DNA of 64,000 nucleotides from a bacterium. Lineage in GTDB: Bacteria; Hinthialibacterota; Hinthialibacteria; Hinthialibacterales; Hinthialibacteraceae. The notes beneath the pieces are model-generated. The model saw only the letters and a program-made list of their open reading frames with translations. It ran no database searches and had not been told where the DNA came from. Made by a program: the position numbers and the translations under genes. The number at the start of each line of letters is the position of its first letter. Positions within the stretch are counted from its first letter, which is position 1. The stretch covers positions 1,024,001 to 1,088,000 of the forward strand of contig CAXXMV010000006.1 in NCBI GenBank assembly GCA_963662285.2, read 5' to 3'. Of this stretch, positions 8,382 to 17,685 are shown in pieces.

Positions 8382-9680
8382 ATGGGTATGACTATCACAG
8401 AGAAGATTCTGGCCCGCCATGCAGGACGTGACTGCGTTACGCCAGGCGATAATGTCTGGGTCAATGTAGACGTCCTGATGACGCATGACGTTTGCGGTCC
8501 GGGAACCATCGGCGTTTTCAAGAAGAATTTCGGCCAGGACGCAAAGGTATGGGATAAGGAAAAAGTCGTCATTATTCCGGATCACTATATCTTTACTAAA
8601 GACGTCCACGCCAACCGCAATGTGGATATTCTCCGGGATTTCGTTAAAGAACAGGATATCAAATATTTCTATGATCCCGGTACGCCTAGTTATAAAGGCG
8701 TTTGCCATGTCGGTCTGCCTGAAGCCGGACATACGCGTCCCGGTGAAGTGCTATTCGGTACGGATTCTCACACCTGCACCCACGGCGCCTTCGGCGAATT
8801 CGCCACCGGTATAGGCAATACCGATGCCGGCTTCATCATGGGAACCGGTAAACTATGGGTCAAAGTTCCACCTACTATGCGCTTCGTTTTTGATGGAGAA
8901 CTTCCTTCCTACTTGATGGCCAAGGATTTAATTCTTCACGCAATAGGAGAGATAGGTTTTGATGGAGCGACATACCGCGCTATGGAATTCGCCGGAGACG
9001 GCGTTTACAGCCTTAATATGGAAGAACGCATGACGCTGTGCAACATGGCCATCGAAGCGGGCGGTAAGAACGGCATTATTCAGCCGGATGACGTCACAAC
9101 TGCTTATGTCAGCCAGCGAACAGAAAATAGTTTCGAGGTGGTTAAGGGTGATGCGGATGCAGAATATTTTGCCGAGTATGTGTTCAAAACGGCTGATATT
9201 CAACCAACCGTAGCCAAACCTCATTCTCCGGATAACCGCAGTACGGCAGCGGAACTGGAAGATGTAGAGATTACCCGCTCATATATAGGTTCATGCACTG
9301 GTGGTAAGATCACCGATTTCGAAGCGGCGGCGGAAATCCTTGACGGACAGACTTGCAAGGTCGATACATTCATCGTTCCGGCAACAGTGGAAGTTGAAAA
9401 GGTCTTGAAGGAAAAAACCTATAACGGTAAAACGCTGTACGCAATTTTTGAAGCGGCGGGCGCTCGAATCGGCCAGCCCTCATGCGCTGCATGTCTGGGC
9501 GGACCATCTGATACTTTCGGGCGGATGAATGGTCCCGGCGTATGCATCTCGACCACTAACCGTAATTTTCCGGGCCGGATGGGTTCAAAAGAATCACAGG
9601 TTTATCTCGCATCGCCATATACTGCGGCAGCTTCGGCTATAACTGGTCGCATCACTGATCCGAGAAAATATCTGGCGTAA
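8382..9680 (+). CDS. leuC: 3-isopropylmalate dehydratase large subunit
   Basis: MGMTITEKILA, IIPDH, GVCH, GTDSHTCTHGAFG, IGSCTGG, CAAC and STTNRNFPGRMG. RBS ggagga precedes ATG 8382. Confidence 0.93.
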   Translation: MGMTITEKILARHAGRDCVTPGDNVWVNVDVLMTHDVCGPGTIGVFKKNFGQDAKVWDKEKVVIIPDHYIFTKDVHANRNVDILRDFVKEQDIKYFYDPGTPSYKGVCHVGLPEAGHTRPGEVLFGTDSHTCTHGAFGEFATGIGNTDAGFIMGTGKLWVKVPPTMRFVFDGELPSYLMAKDLILHAIGEIGFDGATYRAMEFAGDGVYSLNMEERMTLCNMAIEAGGKNGIIQPDDVTTAYVSQRTENSFEVVKGDADAEYFAEYVFKTADIQPTVAKPHSPDNRSTAAELEDVEITRSYIGSCTGGKITDFEAAAEILDGQTCKVDTFIVPATVEVEKVLKEKTYNGKTLYAIFEAAGARIGQPSCAACLGGPSDTFGRMNGPGVCISTTNRNFPGRMGSKESQVYLASPYTAAASAITGRITDPRKYLA

Positions 9681-9698
9681 TAGAATAGGAGCAAAGTC

Positions 9699-10256
9699 AT
9701 GGACGATATAATACGAGGTAAAGCATTTGTATTAGGTGATGATATTGATACCGATCAGATTATTTCGGCTCATCACCTGGTTTATAAACTTGACGATGAA
9801 GATGAGTCAAAAAAATACGGCGAATACGCTTTGGCTGGAGTGCCTGAAGCGCAATCAGGGCTTCCCAAAGGTCATACTCCCTTTGTTAAAGAGGGCGAGT
9901 GGCGCTCAGAGTATCAGATTGTGATCGGCGGCAAAAATTTCGGCTGCGGCTCCAGCCGTGAACACGCCCCGTTTGCGCTTGATAAAGCGGGAGCAGTGGC
10001 GGTAGTGGCTGAATCCTATGCACGCATTTTCTTCCGCAATTGCGTTAATGGCGGATACCTGGTTCCATTTGAAACGACTGTTAGGCTGGTTGAAAAAATC
10101 GCAACCGGCGATGAGATTGAGATAGACGTCAAAGGTTCAACCATTAAAAAAATAGCTACTGGCGAGACATTCAAATTACATTCGCTAGGCGATGTAGAGC
10201 AGATTCTCCGCGCTGGAGACGTCTTCGCCTACGCCAAACAATCCGGCATGATGTAA
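9699..10256 (+). CDS. leuD: 3-isopropylmalate dehydratase small subunit
   Basis: GDDIDTDQII, GKNFGCGSSREHAP and AESYARIFFRN. Directly follows leuC, with RBS aggag. Confidence 0.93.
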   Translation: MDDIIRGKAFVLGDDIDTDQIISAHHLVYKLDDEDESKKYGEYALAGVPEAQSGLPKGHTPFVKEGEWRSEYQIVIGGKNFGCGSSREHAPFALDKAGAVAVVAESYARIFFRNCVNGGYLVPFETTVRLVEKIATGDEIEIDVKGSTIKKIATGETFKLHSLGDVEQILRAGDVFAYAKQSGMM

Positions 10257-10293
10257 TTTCATAAATAAGTATTTATTCGTTAATAATCAAAAC

Positions 10294-10326
10294 AAAACGG
10301 GGCTGCAAAGCCCCGTTTTTTTTTTA
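10294..10326 (+). terminator. Rho-independent terminator after leuCD
   Basis: aaaacggggct-gcaa-agccccgtttt followed by a T run. Confidence 0.85.
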
Positions 10327-10333
10327 TCCACTT

Positions 10334-10360
10334 GTAGGGTGCGCCTCTTGTGGGCGCCCG
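10334..10360 (+). repeat. GTAG-type REP-like palindrome
   Basis: gtagggtgcgcctcttgtgggcgccc, related to gtaggggcaattcccttgtggttgccct at about 8269. Confidence 0.6.
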
Positions 10361-10421
10361 AATCATCCAACACCATATTGTATCTAATCACCCGATAACC
10401 ATACAAATATGCCCGACGCGA

Positions 10422-10925
10422 CTAGTCATCCGAAAATTGTCGAGCAAATACCAAATTAAGCGGATGATTTTGAAAAGAAGATATTTTGATCTCAGAATCG
10501 ATATTATATTCCCCGGATTTAATTTCTATTTTTAATACATCCTTCAGTTTATCAGATGCTTCAAGTGTATATTCATCCGGACCTCCCACCGTGACTCCTG
10601 ATCCTCTAATCTGATTAAGTAGTTTTATTCTAGATTTATCACCAATGGCAATACGGTCAGCCATAATCAACACTTCGCAGGTTGAAATTCCAGATTTCAG
10701 ATCAGGTTCTATCTTGGCTTGACTCAGGCCGCCTTTTTCTGATAATCTAACGACTCTTTCTTCGAGAAATTTTATGTCAAGAAGATAAATAATGAGATTA
10801 TCGCCGTCATAGATTTTATTAACTTCGATATTAACTTTATCTTTTGGAATGGAAATCCGGGATTGATTGCAGGCCGCCAGTGATAGGATGATTATGGCCG
10901 AAAAAGTATATAGTAGTGATTTCAT
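10422..10925 (-). CDS. Hypothetical lipoprotein
   Basis: Signal peptide with lipobox LAAC. Confidence 0.75.
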   Translation of the reverse strand: MKSLLYTFSAIIILSLAACNQSRISIPKDKVNIEVNKIYDGDNLIIYLLDIKFLEERVVRLSEKGGLSQAKIEPDLKSGISTCEVLIMADRIAIGDKSRIKLLNQIRGSGVTVGGPDEYTLEASDKLKDVLKIEIKSGEYNIDSEIKISSFQNHPLNLVFARQFSDD

Positions 10926-11170
10926 TTATTAACATCCTTTCATTATATTAATAATAAAACAAGATGATTGTGGTTTTAACATTCATAAATAATATATAAA
11001 TAAGACGTAATTGCATCAATATTATTTAATCTGGAATGATTTCCACATTTGATTTGCAGGTAAATGCCTGATTTTTCTTTTGTTCCCTCAACAATTTAAG
11101 ATTCATCTATTATTATACTCATGAGCATAATTTATATTGCCTTTATATAGATAGTGAAGGAAATTTTTTC

Positions 11171-11563
11171 ATGGACAATAATGTAATAATGTCATTAATC
11201 ATCATCGGTGGATTCATCATTGCATCAGCTTTAATGATTTTTGTCCTGCTGAAGATGCGTTACGATAAGGCTTTATGTCAAGTTGATGATTATATGGATG
11301 AAATTGCGCAGTACATGGGAGAATCATGGCAGGCAATTGATAAACAAAATCCTCCAGAAAAAAAAAGTTACGTCTCAACTGTTCGTTTTCTGATACAAAG
11401 AAGCGGAAAAATAACCAAAATCGAGATAGTTGAACCTTCGGGATGGGAGGAAATGGATAAAAGCATCATAGAAGTTATCAACGAAAAAAGCCCGGTTGAA
11501 AGAATTCCAGAAGGTTATCCATACCCGACTGTTGAAATCGAGATGAGTTTCCACTATTCATAA
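11171..11563 (+). CDS. Short membrane-anchored TonB/TolA C-terminal domain protein
   Basis: N-terminal TM helix, then VRFLIQRSGKI...SGWEEMDKS...PEGYP...IEMSFHY, the TonB_C/TonB_2 pattern. Confidence 0.7.
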   Translation: MDNNVIMSLIIIGGFIIASALMIFVLLKMRYDKALCQVDDYMDEIAQYMGESWQAIDKQNPPEKKSYVSTVRFLIQRSGKITKIEIVEPSGWEEMDKSIIEVINEKSPVERIPEGYPYPTVEIEMSFHYS

Positions 11564-11600
11564 TGCTATAACTGCATTCATAGAATCCCATTTCTCTGCT

Positions 11601-12950
11601 CTAAAACATCATCCACATTTTGATTGGGGTGATTACTGGTTGATATTCAAACGCTCCGATGTCGATATATGAGGGAGCGCTTGATGTTGCATTGGGCGCC
11701 TCAGGCGCATCAAAACGTGAATTGCCGCTGAAATCATGATCTAATACGGCTTCTTCTCCCCATCCTGCGTCAATAGCGGGTGAACCGGAAAGCAGAGCGT
11801 AATTATTATCCGGCAGATTAACAAACATTGGATCAGCATTCTGGTTGCCGATTCCCTGATAAACAGAATCTCCTTTGATAATTGAATATCTTGCATCCAT
11901 GGTTGATCCTGGTTCCAGTTTTATAGAAGTCTGGTCATCCCGGCCCCAGATGATGGTATTGATCATCCTGGCATGAGCGGGATTCTGATGCATCCAGACG
12001 CCCCGGTCGCAATTGATGATAGTGTTGTTGATTACGGTGATATCAGCGCCGTTCTTGAATCCTATGCCGCTCTCGCAATTGATAATGACATTGTTAACTA
12101 TAATAGGATGAGCGTCTTTGTCGCCAGAAATTCCTATAGGATCGTTGCTGCCTCCCCGGCAGTTCATAACCAGGTTCCCCTCAACATAGGCGTCGCAGGT
12201 ATCAAGGTCGATGCCATCATCTTCGCTTCCCAGAAATACATTGTATCGTATGATGGGGCCAGGATTCTGTGTATCTCCTATATCTATCGCATCGCTATAG
12301 CCATAACGCTGCTCAAATGTATTGTATTCTACCAGTACGGCGCTATATGAGCCGTGTACGGCTTCGTTTTCTCCCGGTCCGAAGAGACAGCGTCTAATCA
12401 CCATGTTGGGAGAATGGTAACTCTCCGTGGCTTTAGCATTAAAATCATCCGGCCAGTCAGTCAATGTGCAACTATCTATAATTACTGAAGATGCGCATCT
12501 ATAGGCGTTTATCATACCAATCCGGTTACCTGAAGCGTGTGATCCGTGATTTACATAGCAATGCTTTAATAGTCCTGAGCCGTTTTCTTCAAAAGATATG
12601 GCGCCCCAGCGTTGTTCGCCATCTGAATCAATTTGAATAGGATGTTCAACTTCGCCGTTCATCTCTAATCGACCTAAAACAGTTATCACTACTCCTTCTT
12701 TGATCTTGATTTCTACTCCTGCAGCAACGGTTAGACTAGCATTACCAGCAATTAGAAGATCGCCATTAATAACCACTGGACCATCATTGGAATGCCATAA
12801 TTCATCTGTATCAATGACGCCGGAATGAAGATTTTGGGCATAAACTATGTTAGAAAAGAGAAATATGGATAAAAAAGCAGCAAAAAATGTTTTGTATGAT
12901 TGAAATCGGTATGAATTTTTGTTAGAATCATTAAATTTTCTAGGAATCAT
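11601..12950 (-). CDS. Secreted right-handed parallel beta-helix repeat protein
   Basis: Signal peptide (IVYA|Q), repeated DGIDLD/NNTIINC/GIGFK turns, and C-terminal DPMFV...LLSGSPAIDAG...DIGAFEY. Ends TPIKMWMMF. Confidence 0.85.
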   Translation of the reverse strand: MIPRKFNDSNKNSYRFQSYKTFFAAFLSIFLFSNIVYAQNLHSGVIDTDELWHSNDGPVVINGDLLIAGNASLTVAAGVEIKIKEGVVITVLGRLEMNGEVEHPIQIDSDGEQRWGAISFEENGSGLLKHCYVNHGSHASGNRIGMINAYRCASSVIIDSCTLTDWPDDFNAKATESYHSPNMVIRRCLFGPGENEAVHGSYSAVLVEYNTFEQRYGYSDAIDIGDTQNPGPIIRYNVFLGSEDDGIDLDTCDAYVEGNLVMNCRGGSNDPIGISGDKDAHPIIVNNVIINCESGIGFKNGADITVINNTIINCDRGVWMHQNPAHARMINTIIWGRDDQTSIKLEPGSTMDARYSIIKGDSVYQGIGNQNADPMFVNLPDNNYALLSGSPAIDAGWGEEAVLDHDFSGNSRFDAPEAPNATSSAPSYIDIGAFEYQPVITPIKMWMMF

Positions 12951-13091
12951 TTGGGTATCTTTCTCATTTTATATTGTGATGATCGGGATTAACTATATGA
13001 ATTTATCAAACATCAGATAATTTTGTCAGATCAAATTGATCTAATTATATGATTGTAGTTTTAAAGCAATGAATTAACTTGGGATAGTAAT

Positions 13092-14090
13092 ATGATTAAA
13101 ACTTCCAGAATATTGGAATGCTACCAGATAGAGTTGGTCGAGAAATTAGAAAGCCTGTTAGACGAGTTTTTCCGCGATATGATCAATAAAGGATTGAAAA
13201 GCTCTACAGCTGAGAGGCACGTGGCTAATGCAGAATTATTTCTTATTGAATATCATGCTTTTTATTTAATTGATGAAATTACCAATTTACGCAGTGAAAT
13301 GATTTATGATTTCCTGGGTCAATGGTATTTTCAGAAAGTACATCAACCGGGCAAGAAGGATTTGAATGGAATTATTGTTTCATTAAAGCGTTTTTTTTCT
13401 TTTGCATTAAAAAAGGGAATTTTACCTGAGGCAAATTGTTTAGAACTCAAGGCCGCGCTTTGCGATGATCAATATTTCACAAATAGGTTTGAGAAATATA
13501 AAAAAGACCCTGACGGCTTTATTTACCCGGAGAACCGGTCATCTTTTTTATGTAATGCAGATTCCCTTGACAGTGATGATCAAATCAAGGAATGCATTTC
13601 GGATGATATGATTAATAGTGTATTTAACGAACAAGAAAATGCCATTACCCTTGAAGAAATGATTGCCAAGTTGATTGAACGTTTCAAATCTTTTAAGCCT
13701 AAAAAAAATGTCTTATCAATATTAAAAAAAGAAATGCCCAAATTATCAAAAAAACCGACTCCATTTAATTCAGTATCCCAGGAAGAGCCTACTATCAATA
13801 CCTTAAAAGATCATTGCATGTCGTTGCATCGCGCTAATCATGTTTTTATACGATGGCTTGATAGATACAATTGTCAAATGTCTCATATCCCAACGGAAGC
13901 GATGACTGTTTGTATTGAATGCGATATGGTTTTAACCTCTCTTTTAGTGCGTTTTGATGTAGAGATGATTTCAAAAGAAGAGATAAAACTCGGGCATAAT
14001 CTTTTCGATATGATGGACAAAATGCTTTGGAACGCCCGTTTTCAGATAGCCCACATTTTAGGTCTAGACTTACGTACCCTTCATTTATAG
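13092..14090 (+). CDS. Hypothetical protein with an N-terminal integrase SAM-like (core-binding) domain and no catalytic domain
   Basis: KGLKSSTAERHVANAELFL...IYDFL...SLKRFFSFALKKG resembles Phage_int_SAM. No R-H-x-x-R-Y catalytic residues are evident. Confidence 0.5.
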   Translation: MIKTSRILECYQIELVEKLESLLDEFFRDMINKGLKSSTAERHVANAELFLIEYHAFYLIDEITNLRSEMIYDFLGQWYFQKVHQPGKKDLNGIIVSLKRFFSFALKKGILPEANCLELKAALCDDQYFTNRFEKYKKDPDGFIYPENRSSFLCNADSLDSDDQIKECISDDMINSVFNEQENAITLEEMIAKLIERFKSFKPKKNVLSILKKEMPKLSKKPTPFNSVSQEEPTINTLKDHCMSLHRANHVFIRWLDRYNCQMSHIPTEAMTVCIECDMVLTSLLVRFDVEMISKEEIKLGHNLFDMMDKMLWNARFQIAHILGLDLRTLHL

Positions 14091-14190
14091 TATCATCGCT
14101 CCATAATAAACAAATTATTATTCAATAGTAATATGATGTAAGTATTTGTTTATTAAAGTTTAAAAATCTATTAATTAAGGTCATTTATAT

Positions 14191-15450
14191 ATGTTTCCAA
14201 GTTTGTCATTCGCCCGGAAATCACTTGATCGTTTAGATTGTACAATCTCATTCCTAATTGGTTTTGGAGTGATTTTTTATGTTTATAGCGATTCCGTCAA
14301 TCGCCAATGGGATTTCCCGGTCTACTATCTGGCGGCGACAACCGTAGCGCAAGGCTCTAATCCTTATGATCCCGCAGCGCTGCAGGCTGCCTCGGATTCT
14401 ATTGAAGAAGTTGGCTATGGTGGTAGTTTGCCGTTTCTCTATCCACCACATTTGGCCAGAGTTATGTATCCACTATCTAAGGCTTCATTTTTCACCGCCT
14501 CGTTCTGGTGGATGCTTTTCAAGTGTATTGCCTTAGAATCTATAATATTTATGTCATTAATGTTGATCGGTCAGCCGATACATTTATTAGGATTAATACT
14601 GGCTCATATCGCAGCGCTGTTTTACCGCCCGGTATCACTCGATTTCAGCGCCGGCAACATTGCGTTATTCGAAGCATGCCTGGTTTTATTTGGATTAAAT
14701 GCATGGCGTTGTAATCGATTTACTATGGCTGGATTATTTACTATTCTAGGTTGTTCCATCAAAGGTACGCCTATCCTTATTTCTTTGTATCCACTACATT
14801 TACGTGAGTGGAGGTTAGTTAGGACTTTAACTGTATTCTCAGCTGTTTTTGGTGTTTATATGCTGTTTGATTGGAAATTATTCTTAAATTTCTTCGCTTT
14901 CTACCAGAGTCCGGAATGGGCTGTAATCTGGGATGAGCAGGTGCAGAGTTTCTATAATTGCTCTTCGGCAACAGTTATCCTTCGTACATTTTCAGATACA
15001 TATTTTGCAGAACCGATAATCCGTTTGCCCATATTGGCTACTATATTGATTCCTCTTTTTCCTCTTGTTATATTTGGACTTATGGCGGTATCTATCAAAA
15101 AAGCCCAATCTGTCGGTATCCAACATACCAACGGGATTTTGCTCAGTATGATTCTATGTGGAGTGCTTTTGCTTCCGCCCCGTCTGGCTGGATATACTTT
15201 AGTGTGGACTCTGTTCCCGGTTATGCATGTATGCTATAGCTGTTGGAATAGCAAGCAGATCTTGCCGTTTATAATTGTTTTAGCAGGACTTATGTTGGTA
15301 CAGTTAAACCTGCCTCCAAACCATGTTGCTGCTGGATTTACTCAGTTATTAATTGACAAAGATTTCTTTGGGTTGCTTTGTATTTTTACTGCAACAGTAC
15401 TATTGTGCATTAATTCAACCCGAATTAGCCGTAATTCTATAAAAACCTGA
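14191..15450 (+). CDS. Glycosyltransferase family 87 (DUF2029) polytopic membrane protein
   Basis: DFPVYYLAA...GSNPYD...PFLYPP, GN, IKGTP, and multiple TM helices. Confidence 0.8.
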   Translation: MFPSLSFARKSLDRLDCTISFLIGFGVIFYVYSDSVNRQWDFPVYYLAATTVAQGSNPYDPAALQAASDSIEEVGYGGSLPFLYPPHLARVMYPLSKASFFTASFWWMLFKCIALESIIFMSLMLIGQPIHLLGLILAHIAALFYRPVSLDFSAGNIALFEACLVLFGLNAWRCNRFTMAGLFTILGCSIKGTPILISLYPLHLREWRLVRTLTVFSAVFGVYMLFDWKLFLNFFAFYQSPEWAVIWDEQVQSFYNCSSATVILRTFSDTYFAEPIIRLPILATILIPLFPLVIFGLMAVSIKKAQSVGIQHTNGILLSMILCGVLLLPPRLAGYTLVWTLFPVMHVCYSCWNSKQILPFIIVLAGLMLVQLNLPPNHVAAGFTQLLIDKDFFGLLCIFTATVLLCINSTRISRNSIKT

Positions 15451-15479
15451 TAAAAAAGCGAAAAAATCACTATAAAAAA

Positions 15480-15506
15480 TACAGTTTGAACGTTATTTGT
15501 CGATAA
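15480..15506 (+). promoter_or_regulatory. Putative distal sigma28 (FliA) promoter
   Basis: TACAGTTT-N11-GTCGATAA versus consensus TAAAGTTT-N11-GCCGATAA. Confidence 0.5.
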
Positions 15507-15671
15507 TTATTTTATAATTGATTTGAGGAAAATATAAAAAAATTAATTTAATAAATCAGTAAATGTATTATTTTTGCATAAAACATTCATTATATTAAAG
15601 ATAAATGCAATAACCCATAAATAATATTAATGAAAATTAGAAAAGAAATTTAAAATAAGTTGCATTTAAGT

Positions 15672-15698
15672 TAAAGTTAGAAAATTAATTGCCGATAA
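15672..15698 (+). promoter_or_regulatory. sigma28 (FliA) promoter of flgM
   Basis: TAAA-N15-GCCGATAA, an exact consensus match, about 100 bp upstream of flgM. Confidence 0.85.
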
Positions 15699-15799
15699 TA
15701 GTTTTGGGGAATTAGGCATCGACCAAAATCTCCAATTGTGCTTTAATTACTTTTGAGGGTATATGAGTGGAATGCAGGGCGCATTCCGGGAGCTATATC

Positions 15800-16111
15800 A
15801 TGGTTGACATCGTTGGCATCAATAGTGCGCAAAATCACGCCAACCGGGTGACTGAGCGAGCATCGTCCAAGAATATTGGTACGAAAACGCGAGAGTCAAA
15901 TTCGTCTGCTCCTTCTTCGGGAGACCGCATTGAAATATCCGCAGGCGCAAAAGAAGCCAGTGCAGTGAGTCGTCTGATCGGCCTTGCGCAAGCGGAGCCG
16001 GATGTACGTCCGGAAGCGGTAGCTCAAGCAAGAGAAAAATTGGCCAGTGGCCAGTTTGAAGGTTTAGACGTATCTCGTAACGCCGCAAAGAAAATACTCG
16101 GAGTAGAATAA
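15800..16111 (+). CDS. flgM: Flagellar anti-sigma28 factor FlgM
   Basis: DRIEISAGA...EPDVRPEAVAQAREKLASGQF...AAKKIL matches the FlgM signature. RBS gggag precedes ATG 15800, and a sigma28 promoter lies upstream. Confidence 0.85.
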   Translation: MVDIVGINSAQNHANRVTERASSKNIGTKTRESNSSAPSSGDRIEISAGAKEASAVSRLIGLAQAEPDVRPEAVAQAREKLASGQFEGLDVSRNAAKKILGVE

Positions 16112-16147
16112 TCCTCTACGCTAACCGGAATCGTTAATTTAATTACG

Positions 16148-16180
16148 ATCCCCCGGAATAGTGCGGGGGATTTTGTATTT
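16148..16180 (+). terminator. Terminator after flgM
   Basis: atcccccg-N8-cgggggat followed by a T-rich tail. Confidence 0.7.
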
Positions 16181-16260
16181 TAAATTCCTTAATTTTTTTA
16201 CCAACTACGGATACAATAATATTCCTGTATAAGAAAGCAATAGTAAAAGGGGATTCATCT

Positions 16261-16998
16261 GTGATACGCAACGATTTACATGTTCATTCGGTTCAAAGTT
16301 TCTGTGGATTTCATACTATTCTTGAAATCGCTCAAATTGCTATCAGTAAAGGCGTTAAACTTGTCAATGTTTCCGATCATGGTTCCGGCCTTGGTAAGTT
16401 GATGAATTTTGGCGTGATAACCGACAAACGTCGGCTGCCTAATCCCGTAACATTACCGGATGGGTCGTCTATCACCATGCTGCGGGGCATCGAAGCCAAT
16501 ATTATGGATGTTGATGGAAATACGGATATCCCCGAAAAGTTCATCCCCTGGTTTGACGTGATAAGCATCGGTTTCCACTATTGCGGGTTGCCTCAAAATG
16601 GTTCAGAAGCGGATAACACCCGTGCTCTGGTTAACGCGCTTAAAAGATATCCTATAGATTTAATAACCCACCCGTGTATCTCAACTTATCCACTCGATTT
16701 GCCAACCATCATTGCATTATCCAAGGAATATGGCTTCGCTCTAGAAATCAATAACACCAACCTCAGGGTAGAGAAGACCAATGTCGATAGACTCAAGCAG
16801 ATGATTGAACTGGCGCTGGATCAAGGCGTAACGCTGGTTGAAACCTCCGACGGCCATACCTACACAGAGATCGGCGAGAACGAAAAAGTTGAACAACTGC
16901 TCAGTGAAATGGGACTCAACGGCGATGAGTTCCTGGTAAACCGTGATGACAGTAAACTGCAATCTTTCCTCGATCAAAGAAAAAAACTGCGGATTTAG
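16261..16998 (+). CDS. PHP-domain phosphoesterase (YcdX-like)
   Basis: DLHVHS, SDHG, GIEANI, GFH, ITHP, LEINN and SDGH metal-binding motifs. Confidence 0.88.
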   Translation: MIRNDLHVHSVQSFCGFHTILEIAQIAISKGVKLVNVSDHGSGLGKLMNFGVITDKRRLPNPVTLPDGSSITMLRGIEANIMDVDGNTDIPEKFIPWFDVISIGFHYCGLPQNGSEADNTRALVNALKRYPIDLITHPCISTYPLDLPTIIALSKEYGFALEINNTNLRVEKTNVDRLKQMIELALDQGVTLVETSDGHTYTEIGENEKVEQLLSEMGLNGDEFLVNRDDSKLQSFLDQRKKLRI

Positions 16999-17196
16999 AG
17001 AATTATGCCATCGTTCTCCTGTGGGATTGATTTATATATAAATGCATAGGCTTACAAAAAAACGATGGAATACGCTTGCGCTTTGTCCCATCTACCAAGC
17101 TGAATAATAGTTCCAATTTAATCCACGTTCAATCAATTTTTAATCTATGGATTTAGGCTTAAAAAATTTCTAAATTTTAAAAATTTAAAAAATGTG

Positions 17197-17243
17197 TTGA
17201 CAAAGATAATTATTTGGTTATGATTATAATCGTTAGCGCTAAC
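17197..17243 (+). promoter_or_regulatory. sigma70 promoter and palindromic operator candidate for the blaI-like operon
   Basis: TTGACA-N16-TATGAT, immediately followed by the perfect palindrome GTTAGCGCTAAC (17232-17243). Confidence 0.55.
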
Positions 17244-17268
17244 AACTAATCGTTTTTGAGGTGCAAGT

Positions 17269-17685
17269 ATGTCAAATCAACTTCCTGAAAATCTGAGTAC
17301 CGCCGAATGGAAAGTCATGAAAATTGTGTGGGAGTTGCAGTCATGCGCCGCGCGTGACGTGTATTCAATCACGCAGGAAAAATTCGGCTGGCAGCCAGTC
17401 ACAACCAAGACGGTCTTACGGCGGCTGGTCGATAAGAATCATCTTAAAACAAAACAGATTGGCAATAGTTACTTGTATGAACCCATCTCAACCATGAAAG
17501 ACACCATCTGCGATGCAGCGCAAGAACTGCTGGAAGACACTCCGACGAAGATGTCGGCATCGCTGATGTTTCACATGGTGAAGAAAGGGAATTTGAGCGG
17601 TAAGGATGCCCGCGAATTGAGGGATATGTTGGATCAATACATCGAAGGGGAGAACGATAATGGTGATGATGGAAACGCTATCTAA
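17269..17685 (+). CDS. BlaI/MecI/CopY family transcriptional repressor
   Basis: LSTAEWKVMKIVW...WQPVTTKTVLRRLVDK...YLYEP. Overlaps the downstream M56 gene. Confidence 0.93.
   Translation: MSNQLPENLSTAEWKVMKIVWELQSCAARDVYSITQEKFGWQPVTTKTVLRRLVDKNHLKTKQIGNSYLYEPISTMKDTICDAAQELLEDTPTKMSASLMFHMVKKGNLSGKDARELRDMLDQYIEGENDNGDDGNAI

Noticed and set aside
8262-8732. Longer antisense or alternate-frame ORFs (e.g. 8262-8732, 25212-25850, 62115-62729)
   Set aside because: They overlap well-supported genes on the opposite strand and show shadow-ORF composition.
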